Below, piece by piece: positions 53,031-61,471 of a stretch of DNA of 64,000 bases (position 1 is its first letter; each line of letters starts with the position of its first letter). The stretch is from the sequence record MT701590.1. One strand, 5' to 3'. Origin of the DNA: Klebsiella phage Miami. Below the pieces are notes generated by a model. That model was given only the letters and a program-made list of their open reading frames with translations. It ran no database searches and had not been told where the DNA came from. The position numbers and the translations under genes were made by a program.

Positions 53031-56000
53031 TTATTTGCTCGTATACCCCATCCTAGGATCTGGAGCTTTCTGGTTCTGGATTTCTTTAAGCAATTGAGCG
53101 AGTAAATCGTTAGTTCTTCCTTGGGCTTGAACTTGAGCCGTTGCGACCGGATCGGGTTGCTGAACCGGTTTAGCCAACGGAGTTGGCGGCGCAGAAGTAC
53201 TTTGCTCGGTCGGGACCTTAACACGATTAAGTGGGTTAGCCGGATCGGATTTGTACGCGACCGATCCCTCACTCACCGGGGTAGAAGGCACAGCTCCGAT
53301 AGGTTTAGGTCCTTGATTAACCGACGGAGTAGTAATCGCTGAAACTGCCGCGACACTGTTAGCTGTTCCTACGTTTTCCGATTTCATCGTAGGCGGTTTG
53401 GCGTCAGGGCTGACAGAGGAAACCGAACTCGGAGGAGTTTCCCCAGAAGAGGAAGGCGTCGCTCCAGCATTAGGATCCACCGTCAACTCATTGGAAGTCA
53501 AACGTTTCATATACTGCTGATAAAGTCTTGTCCTCGCCGGCATATCAGGCAAGCCGTTGGGGTTAAGTCCTTGAGCTGCATATTCAAACGAGTTGTTCTT
53601 CACAATGGACTGAAGTCGTTTACCGTTACTGCCGTTGGAGAGATACCAGATCAAGGTTTTCGCCATGACTTCTGGATCAGTGGAAACCAACTCTGGATTC
53701 TTAACAAGGTCTTTCCCCACATACTGAGAGGCAGCTCTGAAGTTATCCTTACCCGTAAGCTGAATGAACCCACGGCCTCTGTAAAGCCATCCGTCGTTAG
53801 GACCACTGTTACCCATCCTACCACCATAAACCGCGTTAGCGATGGCCTGAGGGCCCCCAGCTACGATCTGCTGAGCCTGCGCCATGGACTTCACTCTACC
53901 TGGGAAAATTTCCAACAACCGACCTGGCTTGTAGTTCATGCCTTCCGCGGTATTTTTAAATCCTCCGCTTTCAAAGTTAGCCAGAGCCAACATTTCAGCA
54001 ATAAGACGAGGATCCGTGAAGCCGGCCTTAATCATCTCCTTCATGATTAATTGCTCTGCGGCTTTCTGGGGAACGCTAACACCTTTGTCTCCACCTCCCG
54101 ACCCGCCTACCGGAGTGACACCAGAAAGATCAACTGTCGACGTATCGGTATTACCCGTAATAGGTTTATAGTTGATAACTGGCTGACCACCCGCGATGAC
54201 GTTATCACTCGTTGCAGCAGTCGCAACAGCCTGATTTAATCCACCCTCACCCATTGAGTGAGCCGAAGTATACGGAACGACTTCTTTAGCTCCAGAAGCT
54301 TTAACTTCTTTGTCACCAAAATTCAATTTCGCATTCTTCGCGGCGGTATCGAGGTTATTAACGATTGCTTTAACCTGAGGTGTGATCGACCCAGAAGTCG
54401 TATTAGTGAATGGCGACCATTTAACCTCCCAAACGGAAGTCGGGGTTTTACCGATATTCACTTTGAGCCCTAAAAGCTCTTTTGCGAAATCAAAAGCGTT
54501 AGTGGCAGTCATGGACTTCCAACCCGCGCTTGGTTTCACCCCCCTCATGATCCTCACGTATTTCACCCACGCCATGCAGACTGGGAGGAAACGATCCCTG
54601 AACCACGTACACCATTGGTTAGCTTGGTCGTCAGTTATTCTGAATGAGTTCTTAAAGAGGTTATACACCGCACCTGTGGTAGAAGTAAATCTTGCATCGT
54701 TACCGATTACGCTGATGTAATCCTCGCAATACCGTTCTAACTTCAACACAGCTTCAACACGCCATGGGATGTGTTCCGTATCACCGTAGGCTGCTAATCT
54801 TAATGCGGTTATCCCGGCCAGAGGTTTATCGCCTCCTGGTAAAAGATCGGTGATGTTGATTTCCATGACCGATTTTGTTACCGGATAACGTTTATTGATC
54901 TCTTCAATATCAGAACGATCCTCGTACGTCCCACCCATTCTCATTTTAAGACTAGACCACCAACCTGCCTTCTCAGATTTTTCAACCTGTTCGGCGGAGG
55001 TCTTCATGGTCACGACGCCTTCTTTCTCTATCCCCTCAGCTGTTCTTCCGTGTCTTTCGTTAAAGCTTTTCAGTTCGTCCAAATACAACCTAACCTGATT
55101 AATGGTTTGGTCTTTACCCATTATAGGCGTGGCTTCATCGAACTGAGCGGCTATCTGATAAGGATAAGGATTGATGGTACCGATCCTGTCGTTGATGGTG
55201 GAGACAGTAGAGTACAATTTAGCGTCGGTCGATTTATCGAACGTCTCAAAATCCCTGTACCCCGCGGTATCGATCGCAGAAGCGTAAGTCAGGAAAATAG
55301 GTTTGAAACGAAGATTAAACCAAGTGAAGTAAGCCTGCTGCTGGCCCTTGTCATTGGCTTGAGGTATGAAGCTTTGGAATATCTGTTCGAGAGGGGCTGA
55401 TTTAGCTATTGAAGCCACCCCAGCGGTTACGACGACATATTCGCGTAAAGCTTCTTCAGCAGATCTGATCTTAGCGGCTAAATCTGACTCGACGTCCTTG
55501 ATACCATATTGAGCCATACGAAGTTTGAACTGCGACCCTTTGCCTTTGGCGTAATACTTATAGATCAAATACCCGGCACCTGCAACTGCCCCAATCCCCA
55601 ACGTTACTGGATTAAATAACAGAGGAGCGACGGCAGTAGCCAAAGCACCTGTGCCCGATACAATAGCTGACCCGGCAGCACTCGCACCAGAAGCAATAGC
55701 TGATCCGATCCCGAGGTTAATCCCCATAGCCGACATGGCGCTAGAACCCAAAGATACCGCCGAAGCCGCAGTAAGCGTGTTGCTCGCTACATCCTTCCAG
55801 TTAGTCCCTTCGTGCTCTTCATTGGTGGCGTCGAGGTACATTCCTAATCCAGCGGTAGCCAAACCAGCTAAGCCGAATTTAAATGCCCTTCCTCTACCTA
55901 CCCTACCGCCTCTGGTTCTTCTTCCTCTACGTCTCCCTGAAGCCCCTCCTGCGGCATCAACGATATCGTCAACACCATCGGATGCCCTACGACCCAGCAG

Positions 56001-59000
56001 ACCAACAGTAAGGATCTTAGCTAACGACGTTAACCCACCTACAATAGCGGGCAGAGTAGTAATACCGAGAGTTAAGAATTTGGAGAGTTTAGCGCCAAGT
56101 CCGACGACTCCGCCCAAAATTGTTCCCATGGGGTTCTTAACAAGACCCAGAAGTCCATTAAGGAATCCGCCTTCTTTCTTCTCCCCATCTCGAGAACCAG
56201 AACCTCTCTCTCCCTCTCCATGACCGGCAAGATCGATAATAGCGTCTTGATACCGTGATTCACGTTCAGCTTTCGCTTTACGTTCCTTATCTTCTAAGGA
56301 GTTTAGGCGGACATCATCCGTGTTTCCCATTCGGCTTGTTTCATTAACAATATCAGCCTTGATATCCGGCATGTCGTTAATGTCATAACCAAACTTACGG
56401 CAAAGCAGAGCGTAAATACGATCGACCGAATTGGTAATAGGCGTATAGTCCGCGGTTACAAGATCATTGATCTTATCTCCAGCTCGCTTACCGTAACCTT
56501 TAGCTCGATCACCCAGTTTCCTACCCAGGTCAAGAAGTTTACCACCCATTACTCCCGTCATACGTTTGAGGGATTCTATTTTCATCCCCCCAGATGTAAT
56601 GAGCCCATCCTCGTATTCGGCTTGGGTAATAATGACGTCGCCGTTCTCATCATACACCGGTCCGTCGATATCTCTCCAACCCTTTACAGGAACAACGCTA
56701 CCATTCAAACGTTTGAAGTATTTACCGTTCTCAAAACCCTTCCTTGTCAGAACAGGGGAATCCTCTCCGACTCGATAAACATCCATTTGGGTTATTCGAT
56801 TGGCGATACCCTGACCCATCCCTTTCAATCGGTTAAGAGGATCTAACCAGTTAAAGAGTTTTAATCCGGCTGATTTCACCGCGTTTAAGCCACGAAGCAC
56901 GACGGCCTTGCCTTCGGCACTGAACAGTTTACCCGAAAGACGTTTAGCGGAGATCACGACCTTGGTTCCGAGATCAACGATCGATCCTTTGATCTCTTTC
57001 CAGCTGGTGATAATTTTCTTTAACACTTTGTCGTAATACTGACGGGCTCTGAGTTTACGCGCTTCGAGTATCGGATCTTCACTCTCCCCATCGTAAATGT
57101 CTTCATCGTCACTGACGTCTCTGGCGTCCGCCATACTACGAACTTTGGTATATAACGCCCAGGCTGCAGCACCGCCACCGATCAACGCCGCTGTTTTAGG
57201 ATCGTGAATCGCCAATCCCGCTAACCCACCTAACATCCCACCCAGCATCAGTGGTTCGTGAGCCAGCAGTTTATCCATGCCAGCACTGAAAATATCCTTA
57301 ATCCCACCAAGACTTTTAATGCGGTCGAGGATGGTTTTCTTCTGTGCGGTATCAGCGGCATCTTCAGCATCAGTTTTGGGCTTATTCACCTCGGCTGGCT
57401 GACGAGAAAGGATTTGTTTCAGGACTTCCAATTGTTCCTGATTAATATCCCTTATTCCCATTACAGAATCCGTTAAAGATTTAACTTGCTCTGGGCTTAA
57501 TGCATTTCCGTCTTGTCTACCAGGAATCCCGAGTTTAAGCTGCTCGGTGAGTTCCGATAGCGCGGTAACTAATTTACCGGAATCCTTCCCGGACAACCCG
57601 CGACGGTTATTGATAATGGTTTTCGAATTACCCCCACCCATTCCACCACGAGTAGGGAGAGGACCTACGTCATCCTCTTCGATAAGGCCTTCGTTACCAT
57701 TAAGCTCTGATTTTAATCGATCCCATATCGCATCGGTGTTAAAGAAATCTGACCCGTTTTCACTATTAATCAAATTCATTTCTCTTAATAGTGGATCGTA
57801 ACCAGCGTTTCGTAACAAATCGATTTGCTGAGAAATATTAGGGAGATAACCTTTGAGGTTTTTGGCTCGCAGACTAAGATCGGCCGCCAAACGTTTACTT
57901 TTAGCGGTCGGCATGTTCAACTGAGCTTTAATACCAGCCAGCCCAGATTTTTTAGCCGCTTCAATATGCTGGTCGGTTAGTCTGAACGACCCCCGCATCA
58001 CTTGTTCAATTTCTTTACGAATCGATGGGGTTAGACCGTCTTCGTCTTCCATCCCGAAATAGTTGAACGGGTTAAACCCTTTATCTTGGTCGACGTCTCT
58101 CGCCAAACGATAAGATAAGAAACGTTTAGCCTCTGGTGACAACGTTCCATTTTTGTCAATCGCAGAAACCATGTCGGACGTACCTGAGGCCAGTCCGCTA
58201 AATTCTCTACCGTTCAACAGATTACGTTTAACGGCATTTTGAGTTTGTTTATGACTTAAGAACTTCCCGCTACGGTAATCGAAACGTTCTTCTTTCAGGT
58301 TATCGTTACCCGTACGAATTTTTTCCAGGCTCAGATGAAGCTTAGCGAACCACCCAGGAATGATTTCATTTAACGTACGATCGGATTGACTGCTCCAGTA
58401 GCTGGGCTGAGTCAAATCCATCAAGTTACGTTTCTTGAGTTCGTACTGTTTACCACGGGAATCGTTGATATTAAAAGAAAGATCGTTTAATCTATTTCCC
58501 AGGAAATTTTTACCTGTTTGTTTTAAACGCCACGCTCTTTCACTTAACCGTTTTTCACCGGGAGCAAGTGAGTCAAGGTAATCGTCGTAGGTGGAAAAGT
58601 CTTCTTCGTAGTTAGCGTTATTGCGGAGAATGGTTCCTGCTAAACCAGCCGCGTTAGTTCCGGCGTATGACAGAACACTACCCAACTGTTCCAACTTGCG
58701 GTATTGCCGGCGGATGTTTTTGGCTTCTTTTGGATAGAGGGTCGCAAGTTTATTAATAAGCTTAGCGCCCTGCCCAGATTTAAAGAAAGCCGGTCCTCTC
58801 TCAATGACCTCGTTAGCTAGCATCTGCCCGATAATGGTTCCCATATTGAGACCCATTCCTTCGGACATCTCCATCCCCATTCTACCAGCGCCAACCATTC
58901 CGCTTAAACTAGAAAGCATCCCCTCTCTGGCTTCTTTACCGAACGTCTCGGACAGATAACCCATCACCCCACCGGACCTACGTCCAATTGTGGAGAAGAT

Positions 59001-59837
59001 AGAATCGCGTAATCTGCCTTTAGCCGCCATGGCCAGGGAAGTTTTCTCGTAATCGCTCTTACCTGAATTAAGAGTGATCTTTTTAAGCTCGTCAATCTGA
59101 CGATGCATCGAGGCTTCCATGAACTTGTAGTATTTAGCGTTGGTTAAATGCATCCGAGCCAATAAGTTGATTTTAACCGCATCGTTCTTAGCCTGGATTT
59201 TATTCTGGTAACGCAAAATGCCTTGAAGGGTGGTTGAGATTCCGCCTAACAGCGAATTGGTTGCTTGTTGCTGAGCTAATTGACGACCGCCAACTACCGC
59301 GGTCATGTTGTTGATAGCCCGCCCAATACCCACCATCGTTCCTGTCTGCTGGGCCGTAACTCCGCTTATAAAACCGGCTAAGCCATCTTCATCGACTTCT
59401 CCCATACTTGGATCAGAAGGTGTGTATCCTCCTTGATCCCAATGGCTAAAGTCCTTATTACTGAAGGTCTCCAACCCCTGGGCAATTTTATTAGGAACCT
59501 TGTCGCCGTGGCGGTCTAAGGTCATCTGAGCAATTGCCTGGAGATCTTCCACCATATCTTTTGATCCGGCTTTGACCTCACTTAGGATCTCCTGCTTCTT
59601 CCAATCAAACTCTCTTTTTAAATCAAAGACAGTCCCAAATGATTTTGGGAGGAGCATTTTAGCCGTTCTCAACCTACCTTCTGAACTTCCTATCGTACCG
59701 CTGTGGAGCTCACTGAGAAAACCACTCCCCATGCTCGCAAAGAAACCTTTTTTAGGTGCGTTATCGAAGTCGAAGTCGAAATCTATATCGCCGGCGAACG
59801 GGTCGTCTCCCCAATCGTCGAAATCATCTTTAGCCAT
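53031..59837 (-). CDS. giant virion-type protein (2268 aa) with GH19/COG3179-like peptidoglycan-hydrolase motif and Gly/Ala-rich hydrophobic segments (tape-measure/ejection-protein-like)
   Basis: Uninterrupted 6.8-kb ORF; NDGWLYRGRGFIQLTGKDNF lysozyme/chitinase-type motif around 53650..54150; multiple TM-like Gly/Ala-rich stretches; acidic N-terminus. Confidence 0.75.
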   Translation of the reverse strand: MAKDDFDDWGDDPFAGDIDFDFDFDNAPKKGFFASMGSGFLSELHSGTIGSSEGRLRTAKMLLPKSFGTVFDLKREFDWKKQEILSEVKAGSKDMVEDLQAIAQMTLDRHGDKVPNKIAQGLETFSNKDFSHWDQGGYTPSDPSMGEVDEDGLAGFISGVTAQQTGTMVGIGRAINNMTAVVGGRQLAQQQATNSLLGGISTTLQGILRYQNKIQAKNDAVKINLLARMHLTNAKYYKFMEASMHRQIDELKKITLNSGKSDYEKTSLAMAAKGRLRDSIFSTIGRRSGGVMGYLSETFGKEAREGMLSSLSGMVGAGRMGMEMSEGMGLNMGTIIGQMLANEVIERGPAFFKSGQGAKLINKLATLYPKEAKNIRRQYRKLEQLGSVLSYAGTNAAGLAGTILRNNANYEEDFSTYDDYLDSLAPGEKRLSERAWRLKQTGKNFLGNRLNDLSFNINDSRGKQYELKKRNLMDLTQPSYWSSQSDRTLNEIIPGWFAKLHLSLEKIRTGNDNLKEERFDYRSGKFLSHKQTQNAVKRNLLNGREFSGLASGTSDMVSAIDKNGTLSPEAKRFLSYRLARDVDQDKGFNPFNYFGMEDEDGLTPSIRKEIEQVMRGSFRLTDQHIEAAKKSGLAGIKAQLNMPTAKSKRLAADLSLRAKNLKGYLPNISQQIDLLRNAGYDPLLREMNLINSENGSDFFNTDAIWDRLKSELNGNEGLIEEDDVGPLPTRGGMGGGNSKTIINNRRGLSGKDSGKLVTALSELTEQLKLGIPGRQDGNALSPEQVKSLTDSVMGIRDINQEQLEVLKQILSRQPAEVNKPKTDAEDAADTAQKKTILDRIKSLGGIKDIFSAGMDKLLAHEPLMLGGMLGGLAGLAIHDPKTAALIGGGAAAWALYTKVRSMADARDVSDDEDIYDGESEDPILEARKLRARQYYDKVLKKIITSWKEIKGSIVDLGTKVVISAKRLSGKLFSAEGKAVVLRGLNAVKSAGLKLFNWLDPLNRLKGMGQGIANRITQMDVYRVGEDSPVLTRKGFENGKYFKRLNGSVVPVKGWRDIDGPVYDENGDVIITQAEYEDGLITSGGMKIESLKRMTGVMGGKLLDLGRKLGDRAKGYGKRAGDKINDLVTADYTPITNSVDRIYALLCRKFGYDINDMPDIKADIVNETSRMGNTDDVRLNSLEDKERKAKAERESRYQDAIIDLAGHGEGERGSGSRDGEKKEGGFLNGLLGLVKNPMGTILGGVVGLGAKLSKFLTLGITTLPAIVGGLTSLAKILTVGLLGRRASDGVDDIVDAAGGASGRRRGRRTRGGRVGRGRAFKFGLAGLATAGLGMYLDATNEEHEGTNWKDVASNTLTAASAVSLGSSAMSAMGINLGIGSAIASGASAAGSAIVSGTGALATAVAPLLFNPVTLGIGAVAGAGYLIYKYYAKGKGSQFKLRMAQYGIKDVESDLAAKIRSAEEALREYVVVTAGVASIAKSAPLEQIFQSFIPQANDKGQQQAYFTWFNLRFKPIFLTYASAIDTAGYRDFETFDKSTDAKLYSTVSTINDRIGTINPYPYQIAAQFDEATPIMGKDQTINQVRLYLDELKSFNERHGRTAEGIEKEGVVTMKTSAEQVEKSEKAGWWSSLKMRMGGTYEDRSDIEEINKRYPVTKSVMEINITDLLPGGDKPLAGITALRLAAYGDTEHIPWRVEAVLKLERYCEDYISVIGNDARFTSTTGAVYNLFKNSFRITDDQANQWCTWFRDRFLPVCMAWVKYVRIMRGVKPSAGWKSMTATNAFDFAKELLGLKVNIGKTPTSVWEVKWSPFTNTTSGSITPQVKAIVNNLDTAAKNAKLNFGDKEVKASGAKEVVPYTSAHSMGEGGLNQAVATAATSDNVIAGGQPVINYKPITGNTDTSTVDLSGVTPVGGSGGGDKGVSVPQKAAEQLIMKEMIKAGFTDPRLIAEMLALANFESGGFKNTAEGMNYKPGRLLEIFPGRVKSMAQAQQIVAGGPQAIANAVYGGRMGNSGPNDGWLYRGRGFIQLTGKDNFRAASQYVGKDLVKNPELVSTDPEVMAKTLIWYLSNGSNGKRLQSIVKNNSFEYAAQGLNPNGLPDMPARTRLYQQYMKRLTSNELTVDPNAGATPSSSGETPPSSVSSVSPDAKPPTMKSENVGTANSVAAVSAITTPSVNQGPKPIGAVPSTPVSEGSVAYKSDPANPLNRVKVPTEQSTSAPPTPLAKPVQQPDPVATAQVQAQGRTNDLLAQLLKEIQNQKAPDPRMGYTSK

Positions 59838-59857
59838 TTTAACCTCGTGGTGCGAAT

Positions 59858-61471
59858 ATGCAACCTACTAATATTACGTTATTGAACCCAAACAAAGTGG
59901 CTTGGGCTCTCATGAAAGCCGTGACGTCAACAGACGTCCATGAGGGGATGACCAACAACCTTCATGAAGATGGTTTATACTCTCCAACAATCTTCGGTCG
60001 TGTCGGTACCGACCAACGAGATAAAACTCAATCTTACATCAATGTTAAGATTCCTGTCTTCAACCCGACTTATTTTAAGGCTTTGATTGGGTTAAAGGGT
60101 TTGTATCTCGGAATAATCAAAGGGACGGAATACGCCCTTTGGGACGCATCAGAACGCGACTTCATAAAATCAAACCTCCTGGAAGGAGAAACCGGCTACG
60201 GTTTCTTTATGCGTCACTTTTACGACTTAGAACCTAAGTTAAACGAAAGTTATAAACGCAAACAGCGCGTAGAACTCTTTAATAAATTTAAAGACATCGC
60301 GTTGACTAAAAACATCATTGTGCTGCCGGCTGGTATTCGTGATATCCAGGTTGAACCCAACGGCCAGATCGTGGAACCTGAAATAAATGATTTCTATCGT
60401 AAACTGATCTTCCGTAGTCGCAGCGTGGTTATCCAGGAAGGTGAAGAAGATAACCCGATTTACGATAACATCCGTTGGGCGATTCAAAGCGTGTTCAACG
60501 ATATCGACGATTATATCTTCCGGCTGATGGAAGGTAAGCGTGGATTCTTACAGCGCCGAGTCTCAACTCGTGGTGTTGTTGGGGGTACTCGTAACGTTAT
60601 TACCGCTCGTAAAGTTTCTGTTGCTGATGCGGATGATGATAATGGGGTTGACGTTAACACCACAGATATCGGGATGTATCAAGCGCTGTTGGGTTTCCAA
60701 TACGTTGCACGATATGCGTTACTTAAAGGTTTCTTAAGCCGCGTGTTTACGGTAGGGTCAAGTACGGCTAAACTCGTCGACCCCAGAACCTTCGAATATC
60801 AATACGTTGAAGTTGAGAGCAACATTGTTGACAAATGGTTGTCGGCCGATGGACTCACCGCTCTGTTCAACGGATTCGGAACGAGGCACTTGCGTCATAA
60901 ACCGATCAAAATTAATGGCTATTACATGGGCCTGACCTATGATGACGGTAAATATGTCAAGTTACTCGGTGACGTAACCGAACTTCCTCCTGGGTTTGAT
61001 AAGAAGTTCTGCAAACCATTGACTTACATGGAACTCTTCTATTTAAGTTGTGTCGAAGAAATAGAAAAGAGAATGCTTCAGGTTACCCGCTATCCGATCA
61101 CCGGGATGGGTTCTATCTATCCCAGCCTCATCAAAATCAAAACGACAACTAACGCCGAAAAAAGAATCATCTTAGATGATTACTGGGAAGAAGGTTATCG
61201 TTGCACATACTACCCAGTCCGAGAAACTAAACCGGATTATTTCGACGCCATGAGTGTCGATGGCAGTCGGTTAGGTTTATTGGGTGGGGACTTCGATGGC
61301 GACCAACTTAACAGTAACTCCATCAACGGAGAGGATGCTATTGCTGAAGCTAAAGCTTTAATGGGCAGACGCGATTACTATATCACCGGCACGGGGCAGT
61401 TCCTTTACAGTCCAACGGTGGAACCTCACGAATTCTTATTCCGAAATCTCAGTAACGGACTCAACCTATGA
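59858..61471 (+). CDS. multisubunit RNA polymerase beta-prime-like subunit, N-terminal fragment (split RNAP as in phiKZ-like phages)
   Basis: Catalytic GGDFDGDQL (NADFDGD-type) motif near the C-terminus; LQRRVSTRGVVGG resembles the beta-prime KRVDYSGRSVI region; RYPITGMGSIYP resembles the NRAPTLH region. Confidence 0.65.
   Translation: MQPTNITLLNPNKVAWALMKAVTSTDVHEGMTNNLHEDGLYSPTIFGRVGTDQRDKTQSYINVKIPVFNPTYFKALIGLKGLYLGIIKGTEYALWDASERDFIKSNLLEGETGYGFFMRHFYDLEPKLNESYKRKQRVELFNKFKDIALTKNIIVLPAGIRDIQVEPNGQIVEPEINDFYRKLIFRSRSVVIQEGEEDNPIYDNIRWAIQSVFNDIDDYIFRLMEGKRGFLQRRVSTRGVVGGTRNVITARKVSVADADDDNGVDVNTTDIGMYQALLGFQYVARYALLKGFLSRVFTVGSSTAKLVDPRTFEYQYVEVESNIVDKWLSADGLTALFNGFGTRHLRHKPIKINGYYMGLTYDDGKYVKLLGDVTELPPGFDKKFCKPLTYMELFYLSCVEEIEKRMLQVTRYPITGMGSIYPSLIKIKTTTNAEKRIILDDYWEEGYRCTYYPVRETKPDYFDAMSVDGSRLGLLGGDFDGDQLNSNSINGEDAIAEAKALMGRRDYYITGTGQFLYSPTVEPHEFLFRNLSNGLNL

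Noticed and set aside
53571-57801. Plus-strand ORFs (53571..54050, 54382..54720, 55651..56223 and others) within the giant gene
   Set aside because: Proline/serine-rich, low-complexity translations; all nested in the uninterrupted 2268-aa minus-strand ORF.
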